Source of the DNA: Podospora anserina
Taxonomy: Eukaryota
Direction: 5' to 3'
Length of the DNA stretch: 64,000 nt
NCBI GenBank assembly: GCA_017654855.1
Contig: CM030332.1
Span: 3,968,001-4,032,000, forward strand
Of the stretch, positions 24,770 to 36,889 are shown in pieces. Within the stretch, counting starts at the first letter, position 1; each line of letters opens with the position of its first letter. The position numbers and the translations under genes were made by a program. The notes beneath the pieces are model-generated. The model searched no databases. It saw only the letters and a program-made list of their open reading frames with translations, and was not told where the DNA came from.

Positions 24770-25169
24770 TGTAGGAGATGGGGGAGGGGGTTAGCTGAGA
24801 TTTTGGATATTCGTGTCGGGCTATCTGGTTTTTTGGCTTGCTTGTTTTGGATGATGATTTGGGTTTTCTTTTTTGGAGGAGAGATGATTGGTATGGCAGA
24901 TTTGGTTACTATATATGTCTAGAGTAGTGTATACATTTATATTGTTGTTGTTTTGAGATTTCATTTTCCAGCCGTTGGCGAGGAGGATTGTGGTTCACAA
25001 GAACTAGAAGCAGACACCACATTTTCATAGTTTGGATATATCATAGATGAATTAAAACTATAAAAAACATGATGACTTTCTCACCCATATACCAGTTTAA
25101 CCTAGCGCAAGAAGCCAGATAAGAAAGTTGTGTAAGTGCCTGGGAAAAGAGAGGTTAAAAAGGCCAAAA

Positions 25170-25288
25170 ACATACAACACCGAGGATTCCCCAGTGGTCA
25201 CCCACCTGAGTACTAGTTCGGCGTTCAGTTATTTGACGAGGGCAGAGCGGACGGGATGCCGTATTTTCAACTGACTATGGTCGTATGT
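25170..25288 (-). rRNA. Dispersed 5S rRNA gene
   Basis: The reverse complement reads ACATACGACCATA...CCCGTCCGCTCT...ACTAGTAC...GGTGACCAC...GAATCC...GGTGTTGTATGT (119 nt) with paired ends. A T-run terminator follows at 25166-25170, and TTATAA lies about 25-30 nt upstream. Confidence 0.95.
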
Positions 25289-25569
25289 GATGGTTGACGT
25301 TGAAACCAACCATTATAACTTCCGAAAGTCTTGTGGTGCTGGGTTCTGAACGTAGTAGAAGCTATCACGGCTTTCGGGACCGTGGGGGGCGATGAAAACG
25401 GTTCGAGAAAACTCCCTATAGTAGGAAGAAAATAAACGTGTTGCATCATAACACCTACCTATTTATTGCCTTTGACTTTCCTTTATATATATATCCACTC
25501 GAGACTCGAGCAGCAGCAATCTGACAAAAGCAAAACCATCATCAGAGCCTTGATTCCCAAATGGGAGAA

Positions 25570-25596
25570 AACACATACACGCACACACACACACAT

Positions 25597-25651
<55 letters not shown>

Positions 25652-25667
25652 CACACACATACACACA
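25570..25667. repeat. Imperfect (CA)n microsatellite
   Basis: About 100 bp of CA repeats with occasional TA interruptions. Confidence 0.95.
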
Positions 25668-26036
25668 CCCTGACAAAAAAAAGCTCACCAGCCTACACAG
25701 AAGTGTAGACCAGCTACGAGAAACCTTGTTCTTACCTTGCTTGACGACTGCTCGACTCCCCACATATGCGAGCAACGCCGATGGCAGTGGGGCAGTACAG
25801 CAAGAGAACAATCTTTTTTCTCCCCCGCTCGCTCGAGGAATTGAACTCCAGTGCTATGCCACAGTCAATCAGATGTAGGCAAGAGAATTTTTGACCCCCC
25901 TTCTTGTGGCCGGGAGGAGAAGGGAAAAGGCGGGTTTATATAGCTCTCTGTTGCCAAGCGGAATGGAAACTGGCAACACATTGTACTCAAGGTATATACA
26001 GCTCTGCATATATACACCTAGGGTTGACAGCCACGT

Positions 26037-27581
26037 CTACTCATGAGCAGCAACCCTCTCCCCCACCCAAGCCCTCAGCTCCTCGGGTCCCATTGTCACC
26101 CTCTTCCTCGACCCAGTAACAGCAGACATGTCAACACTGAGAGATTTACCCTCCACCTCTGAAGCCCCAATAGTAACCACCACACTCACTCCCGCACTAA
26201 CAGCCTCTGCCTTCTTGACAGCAATCGGTCTCGCGCTGGTATCAAGATCAACCGCAAAATGCGTCGGAGTAACATCCCCATCCGCGATCCCCAACAACCT
26301 CTCCCTCACCCGAGTAGCCCACTCCACCACCGGCTCGGTATCATTCAAAGTAATAATCTTGATCTGATTTGGGTTCAACCACAACGGGTACTTCCCATCA
26401 TAGTGCTCAATCAACAACGCCATCAACCTCTCCACAGACCCCAGCACCGCCCGGTGTATCATCACCGGTCTCACCGGCCCAAAGCTCGCCAGCAACTCCG
26501 GGTCAGTAGTCGTCTCCCCCTTTTGTTCCAGCTCCGGCGCGGGAGCGATATACTCCAACTCAAACCTCTTAGGCAGCTGAAAATCAAGTTGTATCGTCGC
26601 AGTCTGGTGCTCCTTCCCATGACTATCCCTCAAGACAATATCAATCTTTGGTCCATAAAACGCCCCATCTCCCTCATTAACCGTCCAGTCCGTCCCGCTC
26701 TTGTCCAACGCCCTTTTCAAGGCATTCTCTGCATTTTCCCAATCTTCCAGTGAACCAATGTATTGTTCTGGTCGGGTAGACAACGCCAACCGATACGGCC
26801 CCAATCCAAGGGTGGCATAAGTATGCTTGACAAACTCCAGCGACTTTTTAATCTCCTCCTCTATTTGAACGGGACGACAGAAAATATGCCCATCATCCTG
26901 GTGGAACCTCCTCACACGAGTGAGGCCGGTGAGGGAGCCCGTGTTTTCGTTTCGGTGGAGAGGGGAGAAGTCGGCGTAGCGGATGGGGAGGTCGCGAAAG
27001 GAGCGTTTCTGACTGGAAAAGATGAGGCAGTGGCCGGGGCAGTTCATGGGTTTGAGGCCGTATTCGCGGTCGGTTTCTTCGGTTTCTTCCGGGGATGCGT
27101 GGCGGGCGCCGGTGACGGTGTACATGTCCTGGGCATAGTTTTCGAGGTGGCCCGACTTGGCCCAGAGGTCTTTTTTGTAGATGAGGGGGGTGATTACTTC
27201 TTCGAAGCCGTAGCGGACGTATTGGTTGCGGAGGAAGGAGACGAGGCGGTTGAAGATGCGGGTGCCCGAGGGGAGGAAGAAGGCGGAGCCGGGGGAGTAG
27301 ATGGAGGTGGTGAAGAGTTTTTGGTGGAGGCCGAGGGTTCGGTGGTCTGGGGGTGTTTTTTCTGGTGCTGGTGGTGGTGGTGGTGGTGTTTTCTTGGATG
27401 GTTTGTTGGATGGTGGGGTGGTGGTTTGGCTGGCAGCGGGGGTGGTAGCTTCACATGTCGAGCAGCTTCGGAGCTGGAGCTGGAGCTGGAGCTGTCGGGT
27501 GGGTAGTGGTGCTTTTTGTGATGGTCTGAGGTTCCTCGTTAGGGAATGGGTTGGCCATCTGGCTACCCTCTGTGGAAGCAT
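26037..27581 (-). CDS. MST1: Mitochondrial threonyl-tRNA synthetase
   Basis: Arg-rich presequence, then LKPMNCPGHC, HRNE...GLTRVRRFHQDDGHIFC, GAFYGPKID, QLDFQLP and HRAVLGSVER. Confidence 0.92.
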   Translation of the reverse strand: MLPQRVARWPTHSLTRNLRPSQKAPLPTRQLQLQLQLRSCSTCEATTPAASQTTTPPSNKPSKKTPPPPPPAPEKTPPDHRTLGLHQKLFTTSIYSPGSAFFLPSGTRIFNRLVSFLRNQYVRYGFEEVITPLIYKKDLWAKSGHLENYAQDMYTVTGARHASPEETEETDREYGLKPMNCPGHCLIFSSQKRSFRDLPIRYADFSPLHRNENTGSLTGLTRVRRFHQDDGHIFCRPVQIEEEIKKSLEFVKHTYATLGLGPYRLALSTRPEQYIGSLEDWENAENALKRALDKSGTDWTVNEGDGAFYGPKIDIVLRDSHGKEHQTATIQLDFQLPKRFELEYIAPAPELEQKGETTTDPELLASFGPVRPVMIHRAVLGSVERLMALLIEHYDGKYPLWLNPNQIKIITLNDTEPVVEWATRVRERLLGIADGDVTPTHFAVDLDTSARPIAVKKAEAVSAGVSVVVTIGASEVEGKSLSVDMSAVTGSRKRVTMGPEELRAWVGERVAAHE

Positions 27582-28252
27582 CTTGCCGGCCGGGCGACCG
27601 TTTTACTCCAACAAGGCTTTGACGTCGTCTCGACTTCTGCTCACTCGACGATGGAACAATTCGATATGCCCAGATTGGCGCTTGGGTTTTCGAGATGCAC
27701 AGGCCACCTCGTCGATCACGGTGGACAACTGGCGGCGGGCCATTCCTCTATTGGCTAGCCCACCCCCCGGAAGCTAGGGATTTATGGGGATGCTACAGGG
27801 GTGACCTGGCGTGGCAGTGGAGAAGCGAGACAGCCCATCCATCCAAATGATGCTCCCCCACATCCGAGCAACAACAACATCCTCTTGCTTCAACACTACC
27901 TGTTGCATTGGGCACCTAACTGCATTTTTTGCCCCGATTACAGTACCACCATGTTCGTTCTAGTTTTTTAGTTTTCTTGAAACCTACATATAACAATCAT
28001 TGTTTACTGGCATCAAAGCGCCCGTCGTTATCCTCTTGGTTCTGCTGTTGCCTTGTCGTGACTCACTTATTAACCACGCTATCGTTCCCCTTCTGATTTG
28101 AAGCAATATCGGGTAGCGACAGACTACCGAATCATCCCTGCTCCCGAGTGACGTACATATAGGCCTGCCACGTCGCGTCTGCCTTTTAATTATTTTTCTT
28201 CCCCTCCAGGCGACACCGCGTTTGTTCCCCTCGCCCAACGCGACAAACAATC

Positions 28253-29989
28253 ATGGCCATCACTCGAAAGCAGGAGCGCGAGGGTTCGTACCGACCTGAA
28301 AGTTCATGGCGTATGGTGGAGGGCAGCGAGACGGGCAGCTTTGCCTACGACGAAGAGATTGTTCCCTCCAACAGCGACCCTTCCAACTCGTTTGATTCAC
28401 AGCCTGTCAGCATTGGAGCCTCGCAGCCATGGAGCATTGGTGGCTCGCAGGACGAGAGCATCGAGACATATCTCAGCAAAGCCGAGAACGATGAGCAATT
28501 TATCCTCAAGTCGCCCTTTCGCCCGTCGGTGCCACAATCTGTGAGGCATTCCTCGAAGGAACAACACCGTGAACCAGGGCCCGAGTTTGTCATGCCCAAG
28601 GTTGAGGTCGAGAGTCCAACTGAAGAGGGGGGCAGCGCCTGGTCCTCGTCAACTATTAAATCTCCAAAGAGACCAACACCACCACCCGGGCTACGGAAGC
28701 GTCTTGGCATGGTCAAGGAAAGTCCTAGAGTTCGAGGCCGACGACAAAGTATGAGACAGTCAGGGGAACTGGAACGCCCCGTCCCGAATGATGGCATTCT
28801 CGGTTCAGTATTCTCCTGGATGCTTGACGTGATTGGGCTTGCGTTTTGGGCCATCAAGTATCCAATCGGTTTCCTGCTGGCCGTCTATGTTTTATCTGGC
28901 ACCACAATCATCGCCAAGAACATGGTCACCAAGTCGCTCGCAGTGTCTCTTTCACCGCTGTGCCGACTCCCTGGTGTCTCTTACCTGAACGTACCTTTTT
29001 GCGGACCCAACAAGTCTGAAGACGACAAGCCCGCAAACGTCGACTTTGACAGCTTGGTCGACGCCCAAAGCCTTCTGGAGCAGGTACTGGAAAGGACCGT
29101 GGAAGGCGTCACGCTCCCACTCGACATCAAGCGTTCCGAAGCCTCCATTCGCGATTTGCGCACCATCGTCCGGCACAGCAACCTCAAGGGGAAGCAAGAG
29201 CTCGTTCTTGAATTTGACGGCTACATTGACACTGTTCGTTCGGTTGTCCACGAGCTCAGCAGCTTCAACGTCCACGTTGGGTCTACCGTTGACTCGGTCA
29301 TCAGCATGAACCGCTGGACAGCCCGCCAGCTCGACACCTTGGAGGGAGACAATGTCCTCAAACCTAGGATTGAGAACAACGACCCCTGGCTCAGCCAAAT
29401 GGTTGAGTGGGTTTTGTCTCCTTTCCAACCTGTGGTCTTTACGGAAGACCATCTGAAGGATACCTACCTCCGCCACGCCTCCCACGTCCAAGACAGAATC
29501 GCCAGCCTCATTCTCGAAGCTCAGACCGTCTTGTCGTCTCTTACCAAGGCGGAGGACCACCTTGAAATCATCCATGAGGTCGCCTACCGCAGCACAGAGG
29601 AGGTCAAGACCTCGCGTCAAGATATCTTGTACACGCTCTGGACTCTGGTTGGGGCGAATAATCAGAAACTAAAGGACTTCAAGTCGCAGTTGAGTGTTCT
29701 TGGTCAAATTGAGACGCAGAGGTTAAAGGCGGTGAAGCAGGTTACGGGGCTGGTGTCGGATCTGATCAAGATTCAGGCTGAGATTCAGGGGTTGAGGGAT
29801 GATGTTTCGGCGGCGGAGCTGGTGCCGAGCGTGCCGTTGAGTGTGCACATTGCGACGATTAACAGTGGGGTTGAGAGGTTGGATAGTGCGCGGGCGAGGT
29901 TGAAGGCTATTGAGGCGGAGAGGGTTAGGGAGGTGGTGGGGCGGGGGAGGGAGGGGGGGGAGAAGTTGATTGATAGTAAGAGGTGGTGA
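28253..29989 (+). CDS. Hypothetical protein with a central hydrophobic segment and long C-terminal coiled coils
   Basis: Uninterrupted 578-aa ORF with an S/P-rich N-terminus, a TM-like segment (VIGLAFWAIKYPIGFLLAVYVL) and a heptad-rich C-terminal half. Confidence 0.75.
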   Translation: MAITRKQEREGSYRPESSWRMVEGSETGSFAYDEEIVPSNSDPSNSFDSQPVSIGASQPWSIGGSQDESIETYLSKAENDEQFILKSPFRPSVPQSVRHSSKEQHREPGPEFVMPKVEVESPTEEGGSAWSSSTIKSPKRPTPPPGLRKRLGMVKESPRVRGRRQSMRQSGELERPVPNDGILGSVFSWMLDVIGLAFWAIKYPIGFLLAVYVLSGTTIIAKNMVTKSLAVSLSPLCRLPGVSYLNVPFCGPNKSEDDKPANVDFDSLVDAQSLLEQVLERTVEGVTLPLDIKRSEASIRDLRTIVRHSNLKGKQELVLEFDGYIDTVRSVVHELSSFNVHVGSTVDSVISMNRWTARQLDTLEGDNVLKPRIENNDPWLSQMVEWVLSPFQPVVFTEDHLKDTYLRHASHVQDRIASLILEAQTVLSSLTKAEDHLEIIHEVAYRSTEEVKTSRQDILYTLWTLVGANNQKLKDFKSQLSVLGQIETQRLKAVKQVTGLVSDLIKIQAEIQGLRDDVSAAELVPSVPLSVHIATINSGVERLDSARARLKAIEAERVREVVGRGREGGEKLIDSKRW

Positions 29990-31169
29990 GGGGGGAGTGG
30001 GTGAGAGGGATGGGTTTTTGGACTTGGTCGGTTTGGGAGGGGGCGGCGTCGGTTGGGTTATTATGGGTAAAGGGATATGGGGGGATATGGGATGGGATTT
30101 TTGGAATTGAAGACCTCCCAGAGGATCGGGATAGGGGGATTCAGAACAGAAACATATGGGATGGAATTTTGGATGGTATGATAGGAGAGGGAGGGGATAT
30201 AACAGATACCCGAAATTTATTGTGGCTTGTTTGTAACTTTTTGGGTAGCATGTTTTCTAGTTTTGCTTGTGGTTAGTTTAAGGGAACATGGCGAATGTTT
30301 ATGAATATCTACTCAAAAACTGCAAAGTTATACCTCGAAATGGGTTTCGACTCTGTTAGGTGCGTGTCTGTATATTGAGAAGTTTACCTGATGTGACTGA
30401 TCTAGGTATAGAAGGAGAATGGTCTTTGGGTTCGTCTCTTTAAACTGTTTATAGACGACCTTCGCCTGGCAAGAGGCATTCACGGTGTTGAGAGGCAACG
30501 GCGATCGAATGGTGTTGTTCGCGCCGGTAGCTCATCCTGTTTGTGTTAGGTTGCTTACTGTATCTCGCTATGGGACTTCGTTTGAGGTGTTGTTGACTGA
30601 TGGTAATGATGGTGTGGTCGCTGACTGGGCATTCATGGGCGTCATAGGTAGGTACCAGGCGATGGTTTTAACCAATCTTGTAGGTGTGCTTTTGGCTAAT
30701 AATATCTAATGGACGGGAGAGAAGGAGGTGGAAGGCTGCTTATGGGAAGGCGGGTCGGCGTCGGGATGGTCGGCTTGAGGGACTGTTTTCTCTCGCGGTG
30801 GTGACGAGAAGGGTTATCAAGCCGGAGATGTGATTGCCTTCGGGGAGGCACCTAGGCGAAGATGGAGGTTGAACAGAAAATAGAACACCCACGACCCGGG
30901 GACATGGTTCTCGAACGATGGGGCACTAGCCGCAGCCACGGGGGTTGGGCCATAAGATATTTTTGGATAGGCCTAGCTAGGTAGTAGGTAGTTGGCGTTT
31001 GAACCAGTGTGAACTAGCGGGCCTTTTTTTCAGATGGCATGATCAGTGATGTTTTAGGACGTGGGTTCCATTGGAAGGGGGGCAGCAAACGGGCTTCATC
31101 GACAACCGTCTATGGCAGGACACCAAGGTAGCCCTGGTCCATAAATGATGCCATTCATAGATGAGGGTT

Positions 31170-31532
31170 CCATCTCGAGCCACCCAGTTGAGGTCCGGGT
31201 CCATGTTTAGATCATAGCCGGTCTGTGAAGGCTCATTCTGTTTTCATGCCGTCTCTCACAGGCATTTAAGGCTGTCTCTTATCGAGGTTTAGGTACCCAG
31301 GATTAGATCAAGCCTGGCTTAGGAAATCCATCCCGTCCCTCCCGTTTCTCACAGACATTTCAAGGCTGACCGGTTAACGTTACCAGACCGGGAGAATTGC
31401 AAAGCTTACCTAGCACCAGGTTTACCATCTCGAGCCGCGCTGTCGATGGTAGTGGCTCCAGGTTTAGATCAAGATTGGCTTGGGAAGAACCATCCCGCCT
31501 CTGCCGTCCCTCACAGACATTTCAAGGCTGAC
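31170..31532. repeat. Three degenerate direct repeats of about 90-105 bp
   Basis: Shared blocks TTAGATCA...CTCACAG(A/G)CATTT(C)AAGGCTG at about 31170-31274, 31283-31370 and 31425-31532. CCATCTCGAGCC opens units 1 and 3. Confidence 0.8.
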
Positions 31533-33167
31533 TGACGGCAACACGGTTCGAGATGCAAGTTTGACATCTGTACTCATCCACGGCATAAAGCATGAAAGCA
31601 CAAAGTATGACTAGACCACGATATTTCCCCCCCCCCCGTCTTATAGGCCACGGTAGGTAGTATAACGTGGCATGCATATGCACTCCAGATTTCTAGAGCG
31701 GGAGCTATTCTAAACAGATTATATCATAGGGTCAGAGAGAAGTGTTATATGTGAACAGCAACAGCCGAACGGGTGCCCTGGCTTCCGATGCAGGATAGAG
31801 GCATGTTTTGCTCGCTTGAGGGGGGAGGGTAATATCAACAGTGTTGATGAGAGGCGTGGATGGGGACGGCCCGGAGGGTGGTGTAACTCTTGCCATGCGT
31901 TTTGGACATTGAACGCGAGAGAGGCATCACCACAACGGATTCTTGGATTGGAAATTGAGATGGACATGGACACGGCAAGAGACTGGACAAGGCAGACTTC
32001 TGAAACGCAGCCATCATCCCGTCTTATCACTGACGAGGGCATCAACGGTCTGTAGGCGCCTCTTTTACCGCCATGCCGGGCTCAATGATGAAGATATCAG
32101 CAAGCGCGAGGAACCGCGGTGCTGGGCGTGATGGCGGCAAAGCTGCGAGTTGGTCACTCTTGAAGAAGGAAGCTAAAGAATTCTCTGGGACGGAATGTGG
32201 TATCTCCAGTACACCATCTGGTGAAGATTTCCGGTACGGAAGCCGCTCAAGACAAGGCGGGTAGTAAGCAGTGACTGATCGTCTCACTCCCGTTGGTTGA
32301 GATCTGATGCCGCACTCGCACTCAGAAAAGAGGTTAGCGGCGTGGGTAGAGAAAATGATCTGATCTCATCACCAATTAGACAAAGTGCCGCCCTCCTCCA
32401 GCCTTGTGCCCCTCCTTCCAGAGAGAACGGCGGTCTGGGCGAAAGCCCACGTTGGGTTGCTCCTCACTCGGAGTTTGGAAAGATGAGAGAAGCCCACCAG
32501 CGAATAACACGCACTTCCGCACCCTCTTCCCAAAAGTCACGGAGAAGAAAGTCGAGCGCGCGGTGTGAGCAGAGGCAAGTGAAGGGCGTCTAACTGCAGA
32601 GTGATTTGGTCGCTGATTGGCTGGGGGTTTCCAGGGTGTCACCAAAGGAATCTATTTCGAGCGGCTATTTCCCCTCTTTTGACCACCGTCCACTCACAAG
32701 GCACCACCAACACGTCGCTCTCGGCCCCCAGCGCTTAAAAATACAGCATCCCACTGCAGACGGAAACAAGAGCTCCCATAGCGCACTGCATGAGACTGTG
32801 TAGAAGCAACGCGCTTGTACCGGGGTATTCTAGCTATCACAACATGTACTGTGGTACGACCTCCTGAATAAAACGATTTTGGTCCCTCTCTCTCTTGTTC
32901 CATTTTGTGCACTGGTTGCTCTTGCTTCCTGGTCCAATATCGCCAATTGTTGTTGTTGTTGCCGTCGACAGTGTTGATCCATCGCTCCATAATGTCTCGA
33001 TAGCAGGTCTACAGGTACTTCTGGAATTGCTGTGCGACTTGTGTTCTGCCGGTTCGCGACACGGAAACGTGGAAAGTGTAGGATACTGAGAAAGGAAGGG
33101 AAAAAGAAGCATTAGAGAAGGCTAGGAAACACAGCATAGCCACGACACCGCATATCGCCCACACACC

Positions 33168-35225
33168 ATGTCGGCACCACCACCTCAGGGGCCGGGAGGC
33201 TTCTCCCTCTTCCCAAATACTACTGCCAGACCACCGTCGAGGAGTCAGAACCAGCAGAGACCACCGACTAGGTCAGGGACACCTCAGGAGGGGCCGTCCA
33301 ATTCGACAGAGGCATCGCCTCCTCGTGGTCCGAGGATACGGAGGGACTCTTCAGTCAGGGAAGGAAAGCAGAGGGTTGCATCAACCAATCCATGGCAACA
33401 TGCTCTTGACGCTCGAGAATCTCAACGACGGCAATATCCCCAGGAGAGCGAGGCCGGGCCGTCCAATGCTGTACCTGTCCCGGACCCCGTGGTTGAGACG
33501 GCATGTGCTCAGCCGGTGAGCGATCCACCGCAGCGATGCGAGACAGCCTTCTCCGAAGCGCAGACTCTTGTCAGGAGTAACAGCGCTCGATCTCGAAGCT
33601 CAATTGCCAAACCACCACTCACATACGCCCCGGCTGGTCAATCTTCTTCTTCAGGAGGACCATCTTCTTCGTCCCATCAAAACCCACCACAACTTCGCTC
33701 CATCTTTCCCACCTACAACCCCGAGCTTCCTCTGGACAGACAGGAGTACTATCCAAAAGAAGCCTCCCCAACCCGCATTCCCCAAGGAGCCATCTCCCGT
33801 CCTCTCTACTCCCCACGACGAGAGCGCGCCCCAACAGTCACCAGCAACCACAACCCTCAATCACCCCCCCAAGGACCAATCCAGTCCCCAGCGCCCACCA
33901 CAACCTCCTCCCGCTGGCCCCGCCACCAGGAACCGGCCGTGATCCCGCCCGTCTCCTCAACAGAAGAACTGCGCTCCCTCTGGAAAGTAACCAACGGCTG
34001 GAAAGCCTCCTCCCTCGAAGGCCGCCCCTTCTGCCTCAAACTCACCACAACCCCGGACGCCCCAGTCTACACCCTCTCCTCCTCCACCTCGCAACCCTTC
34101 TACTGCCTCCGAATCGACCCAACCTCCGCCTCCGCCCTCGTCTCCCTCTCCCGCTACGACCCAAACAAACCCTTCAAACAATCCCCCCCCTCCCCAAACA
34201 GCGGCTCCCCCTCCCAATCCCCAACCCCAGGTGGCGTCTCCCAATCGGCAAACATAATCAACTCCTCCCCCTCCACGCCCCCCTCCTCCACCTCCCTCCG
34301 AACAAGCATGTCCCTCCGCACAAGCAAATCCACCCGCTCCCTCCAACACAACGCCAAAAACTGGCTAGAAGTCCTGACAACCTCCCTCACTCCCCCCGGC
34401 CTGAGGAACGAAAACGACGGTTTGGTCGCCCAGTTATGGCCCTCCGCCGCAGCACGCCTGGTAGCCGACCGCTCCAACGACGCAACAACCGTCGCGCTCG
34501 CACAGCAAGAATCCGCGCGGTTAGTCTTCGATCCCGATTCGGGCAACCACTTCCTCGTCCACCCCGCCTTAGCCATGCCCTTTTGCGTGACGATAGAGAG
34601 AAACCCGGTTTATTCAAGAACAGAATACACCCTCGAGCACCTCGAATCGCCCGTCCACCTCGCCAAACTCACCCGCGACGGGACAGGGCAGGGTTGGCTG
34701 GAAGTCGACACCTCCATCGCGGCCAAGATCGAGGCGGTGTACCTGGTTGATGTTGTTGTTGCTGCGTTGGTGCTGGTCGCGCACGGGGACGACCAATATA
34801 CCGCCGGTGTCGAGGTCTTCGAGCCGCCTCCGGTTGTTTTTGGTGGGGGGAATGGTTCTGTCATCTCCGGCGACCGTCGCTCTTCACGGTCGTCCAGACG
34901 GGCAGGGGGCGATTCCCGTGCGAGCATGAGAAGAGAAGAGAAACAACGGAAGAAAGAGGCCAAGAAGGCGGAGAAGAGGTCTAAAAGCCGATCCAGCAAG
35001 AAGAGGATGGAGCAGTTCGAGATTGACCTCGAGAGCCAGGATAGTGAATACGGCAAACGATCGGTGAAAGAAAAGGAGGAGAAGTTACCTGCTGTGTTGA
35101 GGGCGTTGGTGTGGCTGATCAAGATTTTCTTCAAATGCTTGATTGGGAGTCTAGCGCTGGTGTTTAAATGTCTCGGGGGAATCATCAACGGGTTGGCGAG
35201 ATGTTGTGGGTTAGGGAAGCTATAG
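33168..35225 (+). CDS. Hypothetical Pro/Ser-rich fungal protein with a C-terminal hydrophobic helix and CC motif
   Basis: 685-aa ORF with a globular-looking middle (LWKVTNGWKAS...EYTLEHLESP) and a C-terminal hydrophobic stretch ending in RCCGLGKL. Confidence 0.75.
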   Translation: MSAPPPQGPGGFSLFPNTTARPPSRSQNQQRPPTRSGTPQEGPSNSTEASPPRGPRIRRDSSVREGKQRVASTNPWQHALDARESQRRQYPQESEAGPSNAVPVPDPVVETACAQPVSDPPQRCETAFSEAQTLVRSNSARSRSSIAKPPLTYAPAGQSSSSGGPSSSSHQNPPQLRSIFPTYNPELPLDRQEYYPKEASPTRIPQGAISRPLYSPRRERAPTVTSNHNPQSPPQGPIQSPAPTTTSSRWPRHQEPAVIPPVSSTEELRSLWKVTNGWKASSLEGRPFCLKLTTTPDAPVYTLSSSTSQPFYCLRIDPTSASALVSLSRYDPNKPFKQSPPSPNSGSPSQSPTPGGVSQSANIINSSPSTPPSSTSLRTSMSLRTSKSTRSLQHNAKNWLEVLTTSLTPPGLRNENDGLVAQLWPSAAARLVADRSNDATTVALAQQESARLVFDPDSGNHFLVHPALAMPFCVTIERNPVYSRTEYTLEHLESPVHLAKLTRDGTGQGWLEVDTSIAAKIEAVYLVDVVVAALVLVAHGDDQYTAGVEVFEPPPVVFGGGNGSVISGDRRSSRSSRRAGGDSRASMRREEKQRKKEAKKAEKRSKSRSSKKRMEQFEIDLESQDSEYGKRSVKEKEEKLPAVLRALVWLIKIFFKCLIGSLALVFKCLGGIINGLARCCGLGKL

Positions 35226-35480
35226 GTGTTTCTTTCATGTCGATATTTGATTCCACCGGTTGGGTTTTTTTTGGGTCAGGCAGGACAGGATATGAACTCA
35301 TGAATTCTGGCGTCGGGTATATATCTCAGGTTCTAATATCAATATCTCCCTCCCCCTTTTCCCCTCAGAGTGAAGCCAGACTCTCGCTCTGTTTGGAGAG
35401 GGAAAAACAAACGATGGGTACTAGTGGCAAAAACGTACATTACAAAAACAAATCAAAGAAAACCATCTCCAGCCCAGAGA

Positions 35481-36309
35481 TCACCTCTTCCTCTCCCTGA
35501 CCTTGATCCTCCTCCCCGCCTTCGTAACCCCCCCGCTCGTCGCCGTTTTCGCCATCTTCGCCTGTGTAACCTCCAGTTCCAACTCGGCATCCGTCAACGC
35601 CTTGAGCTTTTTCCTCGCCTCCTTCAACTTCTTAGCCAATTTCTCCAAATTCCGCTCCTTCCTCACCCTCTCTTCATCATCCTCATCATCACTCTCCTGT
35701 TCCCTCTCCTGCCTTTTCCTTCCGTCCACCACCTCCTTCCGCTCCTCAACCCCCTCACAAAAAACAATCTTCTTCACTTTCTTCGGTTGTCGCCCTCCCA
35801 TATCAAACTCATCCTCACTATCCTCCTCCTCTTCCCCCCCGCCCGCAAGCACCCACCTCTCCTCCAACCCCCTCACCTCCTTGGCAACAATATTCCTCAC
35901 AGTCCTCACATACCCCAAATCCTGCGTCTTGAGCAGCCTGACTAAATCCACACCCATAGCCTTGTTTCCCCTATCCCCCGCTACCTTTCCATCAAACCCT
36001 TTTCCCGCAGTGAGAGAAGACGACCCGGCCGACTTGCGGGACATCATGCCGAAATAAAACTCATCTTCGTTCTTCTCGGCGGCTTTCTCCCGGAGGGATT
36101 TGAGGACTGTTTGCTTTTTTTTGTAGTCCTTTGCGCGTTTTTGATAATCTTTTTTCTTTTCTAGGAGGCCGAGTTTGGCGCGCTCGAGGGGCTGGGCGCG
36201 TTCGCGGTGGGAGCGGCGTTGGACGCTGTGTTATTTACTGGTTAGCATTTGAAAAAAGGATGAGGAGGGGGAGGGGGGGAAGGGGTTACCTGTTCCGTAG
36301 GGAAGACAT
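35481..36309 (-). CDS. UTP11: U3 snoRNA-associated protein 11
   Basis: MSSLRNS, intron 36226-36289, then [27 protein letters not shown]. Also LLKTQDLGY and a C-terminal ERKR. Confidence 0.92.
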
Positions 36310-36889
36310 GGTGATGGTTTGGGGTTTGCGACTTTTTGGGTTGCGGTTCTGTTGACTTTCTTATGCAACTTTTGTGATGGAATCGGGTTGATTGATATCG
36401 CTGTCGCTGTCACAACTGAAAAAGTGCGACAGTGAAGGTGGAAGTAGAGTGATCGAATAATCGATTGATAGCGAGATCGTCGCTCTTCAACAGCGAAAGC
36501 AGCGGGCGGTCAGGATTTCTGGCGGGCGCTTGCTCGACAGACGGCAGAACCAAAATTTGAGAGCTGCGCAGCTGCGATAAGATAAGACTTTGGCAGCAGG
36601 TTTGGGTGGGGTCTCCGAACTCCACTGCGGGTCGAGATCCAGACCACCAAGGGTTCGAGATCCACTTTCAATGTGCGCTTTTTGACGACGTCATATTCGA
36701 GATGTCAATTTCAGGAGATGTTTTGGGGGAATATCAAAAGTCTGCTGTGTTCCATTGATAGCGAGTGTTTTAGCGATTGTCCATCTGGCTTATAGTCCAG
36801 ATGTAAGTAGAGTATATAGGTCAGTCATCAATCATTCCCCTCCCCAACGCCCACATCCCAAACACCACAAAGACTCCAACAAAAACAAA

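Noticed and set aside
25463-25878. CV- and HT-repeat ORFs
   Set aside because: These are translations of the (CA)n microsatellite.
31170-31532. Repeat array considered as CRISPR-like
   Set aside because: Eukaryotic context, only three long degenerate units, no regular spacers and no cas genes.
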